Assembly: GCA_049971805.1 (NCBI GenBank)
Contig: JBMFKU010000023.1
Span: 1-18,791 of the forward strand
From: Caldisphaera sp.
Lineage (GTDB): Archaea > Thermoproteota > Thermoprotei_A > Sulfolobales > Acidilobaceae
DNA length: 18,791 bases
Reading direction: 5' to 3'
A program made the translations under genes and the position numbers. Below, one piece after another: positions 1-8,160 of the stretch (its first letter is position 1; the number at the start of each line of letters is the position of its first letter). Under the pieces are notes generated by a model that ran no database searches, was not told the DNA's origin, and saw only the letters and a program-made list of their open reading frames with translations.

Positions 1-164
1 GATTGGCTATGCAAATAGAGGGTGGGTTTGGATATAGCAAAGAAAGCAATGTAGAGAGGTATTATAGAGACATAAAAATGATAGAGATTGGTGATGGAAC
101 AAACGAAGTACAGAAACTGGTTATTGTAAGATCATTATTAGGTAAAATAAGAGCTCCTAAATAA
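1..164 (+). CDS. Acyl-CoA dehydrogenase, C-terminal fragment (5'-partial; not in the ORF track)
   Basis: Frame +3 reads LAMQIEGGFGYSKESNVERYYRDIKMIEIGDGTNEVQKLVIVRSLLGKIRAPK*, with TAA at 162-164. This matches the ACAD C-terminal signature QxxGGxGY...ERxxRD...xxGTxExQ. Confidence 0.93.
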   Translation, partial: LAMQIEGGFGYSKESNVERYYRDIKMIEIGDGTNEVQKLVIVRSLLGKIRAPK

Positions 165-216
165 TCTACTATATATAGTATTTATTTATTTATACCAATA
201 TACAATTATAAACAAT

Positions 217-252
217 TTTTATTAACCTTTTAAAGTTGATCTATTATGGTGA
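217..252 (+). promoter_or_regulatory. Candidate TATA box (TTTTATTAA 217-225) and SD (GGTGA 248-252) for the HAD/ECH gene
   Basis: Archaeal-type spacing to ATG at 260. The AT-rich background makes the TATA call uncertain. Confidence 0.45.
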
Positions 253-259
253 GATAATT

Positions 260-2215
260 ATGGGCAAAATAGAGAAAATTGGAGTCGTTGGTACAGGCAC
301 TATGGGTCATGGAATTGCTGAAGTTTCTGCTTTTTTTGGATATAATGTAGTAATGATAGATATTTCTCAAGATTTATTAGATGAAGCACTACAAAAGATA
401 AATAACAGTTTAAAAAAGATTACCTCTAAAGAAAATGTTGAAAAAATAATGAAAAGGATTCATACTTCGATTGACTATAAAGATTTAGCAGATGCCGATC
501 TAATAATCGAAGCAGTTCCAGAAAAATTTGAAGTTAAACAAAAAGTTTTTGAAGAAATAGATAAAATTGCAAAAGAAAATGCCATTATAGCTACAAATAC
601 ATCCACAATTCCTATTAATGATCTTGCAGGCATAACTCATAGAAAATCAAATTTTATTGGTATTCACTTTATGAATCCACCAGTATTGATGCCCTTGGTT
701 GAGATAATATTGGGAAACGAAACATCTCAAAAAACGTTAGATTCTGCACTAGATTATGTTAGAAGCATAAATAAAGACTTTGTTCTGGTAAAAAAAGATG
801 TTCCGGGATTTTTAGTCAATAGAATTAATACAAAAACATTTTTAGAAGCAATGATAATGCTAGAAGAAGGCTATAAAAAAGAAGATTTAGATTTAATGAC
901 CAGATTTAGATTAGGATTTCCTATGGGATTTATAGAATTGATGGACTATGTCGGCATAGATGTGGTTTATAATGCATTAAATGAAATGATTAAGAGAGGT
1001 GAAAAATTATTCGTTCCCAAGACATTAGAAGAAATGATAAAGCAGGGAAAGCTAGGTGCAAAAACCTCTTCAGGGTTCTATAATCATCCAGGAAAGATAT
1101 TTAAAAAGCCGTTTTTGATTCCTAATGATAGCATGTACTTTGTTAATCCAGGTAGAATTATAGCTGTAGCTGTTAACGAAGCTTCTTATTTAATTGGCAA
1201 TAACGTATCTACAAAAGATGATATTGAAAAAGCTATGGTTAAAGGTATGAATTGGTCTTATGGTCCCCTTTATTTTGCAGATCACTATGGAATTGATAAC
1301 ATTTTAAAGATATTAGATGAGAGATATAATCTTACAAAATATGATATTTATAAAATAGATCCTCACATGAAGGAAATAGTAGGAAACAATTTAGGAGTAA
1401 AGAATGGTAAGGGATTTTTTGAATATACTTATGTAAGAGAAAATATGGGTCCCGTTTCCTACGAAAAAATTGAAAATTATGCATTAATTACAATAAGAAG
1501 GCCAGAAAAATTAAATGCATTAAATGAAGATGTTTGGAGAAATGTAAGGATCTTATTGGAAAAAGCTGAGAATGATAAAGATATCAAGTCTGTAGTTTTA
1601 ACAGGTGAGGGTTCATCATTCTGTTCAGGCGATGATATAGAAATGATGAAAACATGGAAAAATTCTGCCATAGCGAAAAAATGGCTTGAGGAATTAGCAT
1701 GGCCTTTAGTTAATAAAATGATTAACTATGAAAAGCCGATAATTGCTGCTGTAAAAGGTTATGCCTTTGGAGGGGGAATGGAACTAACACTATTAAGCGA
1801 CATAGTTATTTCTACAAATAATGCTATATTTTCAATACCTGAAAGCATTATAGGGGCATTTCCTCCAATAGCATCACCTTTGGGAATATATTTGACTGAC
1901 AAAAGAATTGCTAGGTATGCTTTAACCGGAGATTGGCTAAATGCCGAACAAGCAAGGTCTTTAGGAGTGGTAGATATAATTGTTCCTCAGGATCAATTAG
2001 ACATTGCCGTATTTGAGATGACAAATAAACTAGCCAAGATACCACCTTTATCAATTAGAGCAGTAAAGAAAACAGTTAATTCATCAAAGTCCATATTTAT
2101 AAACTCATTGAAAAATAGCCTAAATGAATTGGTTATACTTGCTGATAGCAAGGATTTTGCAGAAGGCATGTCGGCTTTTATAGAAAAAAGAAAGCCAAGA
2201 TATATTGGAGAGTAA
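260..2215 (+). CDS. Bifunctional 3-hydroxyacyl-CoA dehydrogenase / enoyl-CoA hydratase (archaeal HAD-N, crotonase-C fusion), 651 aa
   Basis: Rossmann GTGTMG, EAVPE, ATNTS, catalytic HFMNPP...LVE, PGFLVNR and two HAD C-domains. These are followed by crotonase motifs RPEKLNAL, FCSGDD, GGGMEL and PE (both catalytic Glu). Start moved from TTG 236 to ATG 260 because of SD GGTGA at 248-252. Confidence 0.95.
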   Translation: MGKIEKIGVVGTGTMGHGIAEVSAFFGYNVVMIDISQDLLDEALQKINNSLKKITSKENVEKIMKRIHTSIDYKDLADADLIIEAVPEKFEVKQKVFEEIDKIAKENAIIATNTSTIPINDLAGITHRKSNFIGIHFMNPPVLMPLVEIILGNETSQKTLDSALDYVRSINKDFVLVKKDVPGFLVNRINTKTFLEAMIMLEEGYKKEDLDLMTRFRLGFPMGFIELMDYVGIDVVYNALNEMIKRGEKLFVPKTLEEMIKQGKLGAKTSSGFYNHPGKIFKKPFLIPNDSMYFVNPGRIIAVAVNEASYLIGNNVSTKDDIEKAMVKGMNWSYGPLYFADHYGIDNILKILDERYNLTKYDIYKIDPHMKEIVGNNLGVKNGKGFFEYTYVRENMGPVSYEKIENYALITIRRPEKLNALNEDVWRNVRILLEKAENDKDIKSVVLTGEGSSFCSGDDIEMMKTWKNSAIAKKWLEELAWPLVNKMINYEKPIIAAVKGYAFGGGMELTLLSDIVISTNNAIFSIPESIIGAFPPIASPLGIYLTDKRIARYALTGDWLNAEQARSLGVVDIIVPQDQLDIAVFEMTNKLAKIPPLSIRAVKKTVNSSKSIFINSLKNSLNELVILADSKDFAEGMSAFIEKRKPRYIGE

Positions 2216-2227
2216 CAATAAATATTT

Positions 2228-2245
2228 ATATACTTTTTTGTATTT
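2228..2245. promoter_or_regulatory. Candidate operator ATATAC-N6-GTATTT (1 mismatch to RTAYAC-N6-GTRTAY), overlapping TATA-like TTTATATA (2225-2232)
   Basis: Seen in the intergenic gap before the GTG at 2267. The T6 spacer could also act as a terminator for the upstream gene. Confidence 0.4.
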
Positions 2246-2266
2246 ATGTAAAAGGGTGAATTTAAA

Positions 2267-3928
2267 GTGGAGAAGATAGTAAAAGGTTTTCCATCTACGG
2301 TCAATGATGATTATCAGTTAAATTTATGGAAAATAGTTGATTATATAGGTAAGGTACATCCAGACACAGAAGTTGTTTCCTATAGAAATTTGCAAGGAGG
2401 TAAAGTACATAGATTAAACTATGAATTGGTATCCAAAAGAGTAAAATCTATGGTAAATGCATTAGAAAAATTGGGCATAAATTCTGGAGATAGAATTGCA
2501 GTATTAGGTTGGAACGATCACAGATATTATGAGTCTTATTTTTCAATAACAGGAATTGGAGCTGTTATGTTGCAATTAAATCAGAGACTTCACTATACAG
2601 ACTTAGAATATATATTAGGACATTCTCAGGCAAAGGCATTGTTTGTAGATGATTCTTTATTGCAAATAGGTCAGCAAATAATTAAAGACGTTAAATTAAA
2701 CTTTGCCGTTATAATGGGTGATGATCCTTCTATAATGAATAACCTAAATTTAGGAATTAAGTTATATCACTATGAAGATCTTGTAAATGAAAATCCAAGT
2801 GTTAGAAAATTCCAAGAAATTGATGAAAAATCAGCAGCAACTGCTTGCTACACATCTGGGACAACTGGTAAGCCAAAAGGGGTCTATTATTCTCACAGAA
2901 GCTTAATTTTACACGCATGGGGAATTAATACGGTATTAAAAATGGATCCATCAGATACTTTTATTGCTATAGTTCCTCTATTTCATGCAAATGGATGGGG
3001 TGTTCATATAGCAGCATCAATGATGGGATCTAAACTAGTTTTTCCAGGAAGATATACTCCCGAAAGTCTAGCCAACATTTTAATTAACGAAGAAGTTACT
3101 GTTGGAGCTGCAGCACCTGCTATATTGATGCCATTATTAGAAGTTCTTAAAAAAACAAATCCAAAGCCATATTTTGAAAAATTAAGAATGGTATCTGGTG
3201 CAACAGAACCACCAATAGCCTTAATAAAGGGATTAAAGGATTTTGGAATCAATATAATACATGCCTATGGTGCAACAGAAACCAGTCCATTAGTTTTAGC
3301 TAATTTAAATAAAAAGAAAATTGAAAAAATGCCAGATGAATTTAGATTAGAAAATGCTCGTAAGCAGGGTTTACCTGTATTTGGTTTAGAAGTTAAAATT
3401 GTTGATCCAGCTGGAAATGAAATTCCATGGGATGGAAAAAGTATAGGTGAATTATTAATAAAAGGTCCATGGATTGCAAAGCAATATTATAATGATGAAA
3501 GGAGCAAAGAGCAATTTAATGAAGATTTTTGGTGGAAATCTGGTGATGCGGCTGTTGGAGATGAAAATGGCTATATAAAAATTGTAGATAGAATAAAGGA
3601 CTTAATAAAAAGTGGGGGTGAATGGATATCGAGCATAGATTTAGAAAATTATCTGATGGCCCATCCAGCTGTTTTAGAGGCATCTGTAGTTGGCGTTCCA
3701 CATCCCAAATGGGAGGAAAGGCCAATTGCACTTGTTGTTTTAAGACCTGAATTTAAAGAATATGATAGAAATAAGCTCGAAGAAGATATGAAAGAACATT
3801 TAATGAAAAAATTTGCTAAATGGCAAATCCCAGATAAGATATTTTTTGTAAATGAGATTCCGAAATCTAGCACAGGTAAGTTTGATAAAAAAACGATAAA
3901 AAATCAATATAAAGATATATTTACTTAA
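2267..3928 (+). CDS. Medium/long-chain fatty-acid--CoA ligase (AlkK/FadD-like, AMP-forming), 553 aa
   Basis: YTSGTTGKPKG P-loop, VPLFHANGWG, AYGATETSP, SGD, DRIKDLIKSGGEWISS, PHPKWEERP and the C-terminal PKSSTGK lysine. GTG start with SD GGGTGA at 2254-2259. Confidence 0.95.
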   Translation: MEKIVKGFPSTVNDDYQLNLWKIVDYIGKVHPDTEVVSYRNLQGGKVHRLNYELVSKRVKSMVNALEKLGINSGDRIAVLGWNDHRYYESYFSITGIGAVMLQLNQRLHYTDLEYILGHSQAKALFVDDSLLQIGQQIIKDVKLNFAVIMGDDPSIMNNLNLGIKLYHYEDLVNENPSVRKFQEIDEKSAATACYTSGTTGKPKGVYYSHRSLILHAWGINTVLKMDPSDTFIAIVPLFHANGWGVHIAASMMGSKLVFPGRYTPESLANILINEEVTVGAAAPAILMPLLEVLKKTNPKPYFEKLRMVSGATEPPIALIKGLKDFGINIIHAYGATETSPLVLANLNKKKIEKMPDEFRLENARKQGLPVFGLEVKIVDPAGNEIPWDGKSIGELLIKGPWIAKQYYNDERSKEQFNEDFWWKSGDAAVGDENGYIKIVDRIKDLIKSGGEWISSIDLENYLMAHPAVLEASVVGVPHPKWEERPIALVVLRPEFKEYDRNKLEEDMKEHLMKKFAKWQIPDKIFFVNEIPKSSTGKFDKKTIKNQYKDIFT

Positions 3929-3949
3929 ATAAGATTAACTTTTAATATT

Positions 3950-4864
3950 TTAACTCTCTTTACACGGATAATCAAATTTTTTTATATTTTCTGATATCAA
4001 ATTTACGGCTATATAGGCAAAATAATTATATTTAGCCTCAAAGCCTATCTCTTTTGCTTTGTTATATATTGCCAAATTAATGTAATCTAATTCAGTTTTT
4101 CTTCCATAATAAATATCCTGAAGTGTTGAAGAACAGTTATTATATGTTTCTCTAATAGTATCGATTAACATTTTTATAGGATCTTCCAATAAGGATATAT
4201 TTAGTTTTTCCGCAACATATGATGTTTCTTTGACAATATTAATTGCTAAATCAAATGCTTCTCCCTTATCAATTATCTTCCCATTTCTGTTCCATATCAG
4301 CACACTAAGAGGATTTATAGCTGAATTTATAGCTAGTTTCATCCATCTATAAGGCTCTATGTTTTCTACAATTTTTATTTTAAAATTATTGTTTACTCTT
4401 TCCCAATAATTTAGTTTATCCATGCAATTATTTTTACAACCTATAATTATAGATCTACCTCCATGAAATATAGATTTGCATTTATCTAAATACTGAAGTC
4501 CAGAATAAATAATCAAAATTGCAACATTTTTATAAATTTTTTCTAGTTCTTCCGCTGATCCTAATCCATTCTGCAAAGATATAGCTGTCTCAGCATCTAT
4601 ATTATTTTCCTTTAAATGCTCTATAGCATTTTTTACATCATAAGCCTTTGTAGCAAAAATTATTTGATCGAAATAATTATTTTTTAATGAATCATAGCCA
4701 CAAACCTCTAATTTACTTTTACCGATATTTATTACACTTATTTCTTTTAATTCACAATTCAATTGCCTTTTATCAACAACAGTAACATCGATTCCAATAT
4801 TACTTAATAACAAAGATATAAATGATCCAACAGATCCACAGCCACCTATAACTGCTATTTTCAT
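3950..4864 (-). CDS. panE: 2-dehydropantoate 2-reductase (ketopantoate reductase, ApbA/PanE family), 304 aa
   Basis: GGCGSVG nucleotide-binding loop, TKAYD, LQNGLG, catalytic WMKLAINSAINPL (Lys), SSTLQD and KTELDYIN (Glu). SD GGAGG upstream on the minus strand. Confidence 0.88.
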   Translation of the reverse strand: MKIAVIGGCGSVGSFISLLLSNIGIDVTVVDKRQLNCELKEISVINIGKSKLEVCGYDSLKNNYFDQIIFATKAYDVKNAIEHLKENNIDAETAISLQNGLGSAEELEKIYKNVAILIIYSGLQYLDKCKSIFHGGRSIIIGCKNNCMDKLNYWERVNNNFKIKIVENIEPYRWMKLAINSAINPLSVLIWNRNGKIIDKGEAFDLAINIVKETSYVAEKLNISLLEDPIKMLIDTIRETYNNCSSTLQDIYYGRKTELDYINLAIYNKAKEIGFEAKYNYFAYIAVNLISENIKKFDYPCKES

Positions 4865-4928
4865 TTTTAGCCTCCTATAAAAATGTGTTATTAAATTATT
4901 TAATTATTAAGCTTGCTATTGAAAATTA

Positions 4929-6914
4929 TCATTTCATTAAAGATTTAAGTTCTTGGATGGCCTTCTTAACCTCTTCTACTGATTCTGGATTTTCTACTAC
5001 TGGAGAAATTGTTGCTTTACCTTCTTTAGCAACGTCTCTAATAATTCTTCTCATTATCTTTCCGCTTCTTGTTCTAGGTAAATCTTTAATCTTTACTATT
5101 TGCTCTGGCTCAAAGGGCTTTCCAAGTTTTAATGAGATCATATTTTTCATTTCCGTGGTTTCCTTGTTGCCTATATCTTTACCTGGTTTTGGTATTGCAA
5201 AGCAAACTATAACTTCACCTTTAATAAAATCTGGATATCCGATACAAGCACTTTCGGCAACGGAATCATGGGAATTTATTATTGTTTCTATTTCTGCTGG
5301 ACCTACCCTTTTACCTGCAACCTTTATTACATCATCTGCTCTTCCTAAAATATACCACAATCCTTCCTCATCTATTAATGCGTAGTCTCCGTGGAACCAA
5401 ACTCCTTTAAAGGTACTCCAATATGTTTCTATATATCTTTTTGGATCCTTCCATAATCCTCTAGTCATACTTGGAGAAGGCTTAGTTGCGACCAGATATC
5501 CAGCTTTACCTTTTACTGGATTACCATAATCATCGTATACATCAACGCTCATACCCAATCCTGGACCCCAAAGAGTTGATGGTCTTAGTTTAACAACTGG
5601 ACTAGGCAATAAAAAGCAACCTAATATTTCCGTTCCTCCGCTTAGGTTTATTAATGGTCTCTTTTCTTTTCCAACGTCTCTCATTACCCAAAACCATGTA
5701 TCTTCATCTATTGGTTCGCCTGTATTCCCAAATGCTCTTAAAGAGTTTAAATCATGTCTTTCTACATTTTCATTACCTAATGCTTTTAACAATCTTGCTG
5801 CAGTTGCAGCAAAACCCAAATGCGTTATCTTGAACTTCTCTATTAAATCCCATACTTTATCTTTATTTGGATAATCTAAAGCTCCTTCTAATGAGAAATG
5901 AGTAGCTCCTAAAATTTGTGTTCCCACTACTTGCCACGGACCCATCATCCATCCGATATCTGTTATCCACCATAAAATATCATTATAGCCTTTCTCCCAT
6001 GCAGGCTTTATGTCTAGATTAAAGTAATGCTCCTTTGCTGGCTGCAAAATAGTTCCTGCATGACTTATTACGGCACCTTTTGGATTTCCTGTAGTTCCAC
6101 TTGTAAACATGAGCAATGCTGGATCTTCAGCATCTGTTTCTTCAGTTTCAAATTTAGAGCTTTTCCCTTTTATTGCATTATCAAACCAAACATCTCTCTT
6201 ATCGTTCCATTCTATATTTAACTTATCAAACCTTCTTGCAACCAATACAGTCAAATTAACATTCGAAAGACTAATGGCTTCATCGGCGTTTTTCTTCAAT
6301 TCTATAATTTTTCCTTTTCTATAATATCCGTCAGAAGTAATTAGTACTTTAGAGTTTGCTGACTTTATTCTTTCTGCTACAGCTTCTGGAGCAAATCCAC
6401 TAAATATAGGATTGGCTATTGCTCCAATTTTGAAAGCCGCATACATGCCAATTACTGTTTCAGGCATTAACGGAGCATATATAGAAACTACATCACCTTT
6501 CTTTACACCTATTTCTCTTAAATAATTAGATAGCTTATTCACATAATCGAGCATCTCAAAATATGTTAGTTTTACAGTTTTTCCATCTTCTCCATACCAA
6601 ATCATAGCTGTTTTATTCCCGTAACCTTTGTTTATTATTCTATCTAACGCATTATAAGCCACATTAATTTTACCATTAATATACCATTTTGTCCATTCTA
6701 TTCCTTGGCTAGTGTCATAAGTTTTTTCTGGCTTTCTGAACCAGTCTAATTCTAACCAATCTGGTAGATTGCCCCAAAACCAATTTAAATCATCTTGGCT
6801 TTTCTTAACTAAATCACTGTAAGAATTTATATTATATTTTTCCAAAAAAGAGGTTACATTGGCATTTCCTTTAATTTCTTCTGGGGGATACCACTCATAC
6901 ACCAATTTCTCCAC
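4929..6914 (-). CDS. AMP-forming acyl-CoA synthetase, Acs/acetoacetyl-CoA-synthetase-like, 661 aa
   Basis: Acs N-terminal FW...W...KWY..GKINVAYNALDR, IFSGF, SDGYYRKG, FTSGTTGNPKG, TDIGW, SGGTE, WFHGD, GRADDVIKVAGKR and LPRTRSGKIMRR. GTG start. Confidence 0.93.
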   Translation of the reverse strand: MEKLVYEWYPPEEIKGNANVTSFLEKYNINSYSDLVKKSQDDLNWFWGNLPDWLELDWFRKPEKTYDTSQGIEWTKWYINGKINVAYNALDRIINKGYGNKTAMIWYGEDGKTVKLTYFEMLDYVNKLSNYLREIGVKKGDVVSIYAPLMPETVIGMYAAFKIGAIANPIFSGFAPEAVAERIKSANSKVLITSDGYYRKGKIIELKKNADEAISLSNVNLTVLVARRFDKLNIEWNDKRDVWFDNAIKGKSSKFETEETDAEDPALLMFTSGTTGNPKGAVISHAGTILQPAKEHYFNLDIKPAWEKGYNDILWWITDIGWMMGPWQVVGTQILGATHFSLEGALDYPNKDKVWDLIEKFKITHLGFAATAARLLKALGNENVERHDLNSLRAFGNTGEPIDEDTWFWVMRDVGKEKRPLINLSGGTEILGCFLLPSPVVKLRPSTLWGPGLGMSVDVYDDYGNPVKGKAGYLVATKPSPSMTRGLWKDPKRYIETYWSTFKGVWFHGDYALIDEEGLWYILGRADDVIKVAGKRVGPAEIETIINSHDSVAESACIGYPDFIKGEVIVCFAIPKPGKDIGNKETTEMKNMISLKLGKPFEPEQIVKIKDLPRTRSGKIMRRIIRDVAKEGKATISPVVENPESVEEVKKAIQELKSLMK

Positions 6915-6995
6915 CTATCTTTGTACACTATTATGTATATTTATATGGCCAGAGTATTTATACAAGTATCATACAAAATAAATACGGGTGTGCTA
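6915..6995. promoter_or_regulatory. 81-bp divergent promoter region (acs-panE leftward; thiolase-like/DUF35 operon rightward)
   Basis: Head-to-head genes. TATTTATA occurs twice (6938-6945 and 6955-6962), reading TATAAATA on minus and TTTATA on plus. SD GGGTG at 6986-6990. Confidence 0.75.
6923..6940. promoter_or_regulatory. Candidate palindromic operator GTACAC-TATTAT-GTATAT
   Basis: Full match to RTAYAC-N6-GTRTAY. It lies 8 nt upstream of the GTG at 6914, and a counterpart occurs at 13233-13250. Confidence 0.55.
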
Positions 6996-8150
6996 ATGTC
7001 GCGAGTAGCTATAGTTGGAGCGGGTTGGTATGGTTTTAAACCCCAAACAATAGATATTTCCTTCCAAGATATGATGTTCGAATCATCATCAAGGGCATAT
7101 TCGAATTTAGACCCAAGAAAAGATATTGACGCATTTGTTGATTGCCAAGAAGATATGTGGGAAGGAATTGCTATAGCAGATGAATTTGCACCAGAACCTA
7201 TAGGAGGTGCTTTAAGACCTACTTATACCGTTTCTGGTGATGGATTACAAGGTATAGCCCATGCATTTATGTTAATAAAAACAGGTCACTTTAATGTAGT
7301 AGCAGTAGAATCTCATGGAAAACCGAGCGAAATAAAAACATTACAAGATATTTATAGATTTGCATTGGATCCTTTATATGTTAGGCCTTTAGATACAAAA
7401 AATCCATTGTTTTATGCTGGCCTAGATGCAATAGCATATATGAATAGGAATAACGTAAAAAGGGAGCATTTAGCAATGGTTGCGGTTAAAAATAAAACAA
7501 ATGGATTAAGGAATGAAAGGGCTTCCTTTTCAACAAGGATTGACTTAGATAATGTGTTATCTTATCCCTATTCTATATATCCAATGTCAGAGTACGAAAT
7601 TGCTCCATTTAGTGATGCTTCAATTACTTTTGTATTAGCAAGCGAAGAAGTTGCTAGAAAATATACGGATTTCCCTGTGTGGTTAAATGGTATTGGCTAT
7701 TCAACAGAAACCGGTACTGGGGTAACTGAATGGCATGAATGGGGACGAATGAAATCCATGAAAAACTCTGCATTAATGGCATATAAATTGGCTGGAATTG
7801 ATGGTAACCCTGATAAGTACTTTGATTTTGCCGAGGTAGAGGATAGATTTAGCTTTATGGAACTATTATCTTTGGAAGAATTAATGATTGCAAAGGAAGG
7901 TGAAGCCCATAAAATGTTAGAAAAAGGTGATTTTAACTTCAACGGTTATAAACCAGTTAATCCAAGTGGGGGTAGCCTATCAATGGGAGTACAGCTTGAG
8001 GCAACTGGATTGGCTAGATTGCTTGAGGCGTATTTGCAACTTAAAAATCAAGCTGGTTTACACCAATTAAAAGGTGTTTCTAAGGCTTTAGTTGCAAGTT
8101 GGAGGGGTGTTCCAACTTATACAAGCGCAGTCGCGCTTCTTTCTATATGA
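6996..8150 (+). CDS. Thiolase-fold (SCP2/non-decarboxylating condensing family) protein lacking catalytic residues; Ltp4-like, 384 aa
   Basis: RVAIVGAG, VAVKNK..G..N, APFSDAS..VLASEE and VNPSGGSL..G...ATGL. The nucleophile region reads TVSGDG (no Cys), the HDxF position reads EDRF and the GHP position reads GVQ. Start moved to ATG 6996 (SD GGGTG). Confidence 0.88.
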   Translation: MSRVAIVGAGWYGFKPQTIDISFQDMMFESSSRAYSNLDPRKDIDAFVDCQEDMWEGIAIADEFAPEPIGGALRPTYTVSGDGLQGIAHAFMLIKTGHFNVVAVESHGKPSEIKTLQDIYRFALDPLYVRPLDTKNPLFYAGLDAIAYMNRNNVKREHLAMVAVKNKTNGLRNERASFSTRIDLDNVLSYPYSIYPMSEYEIAPFSDASITFVLASEEVARKYTDFPVWLNGIGYSTETGTGVTEWHEWGRMKSMKNSALMAYKLAGIDGNPDKYFDFAEVEDRFSFMELLSLEELMIAKEGEAHKMLEKGDFNFNGYKPVNPSGGSLSMGVQLEATGLARLLEAYLQLKNQAGLHQLKGVSKALVASWRGVPTYTSAVALLSI

Positions 8151-8160
8151 GGTGAGATAT

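Noticed and set aside
260-2215. HAD-before-ECH domain order (reverse of bacterial FadB), or evidence for an autotrophic 4-hydroxybutyrate cycle
   Set aside because: This order is the common archaeal arrangement, and no 4-hydroxybutyryl-CoA dehydratase or carboxylase genes are in the window.
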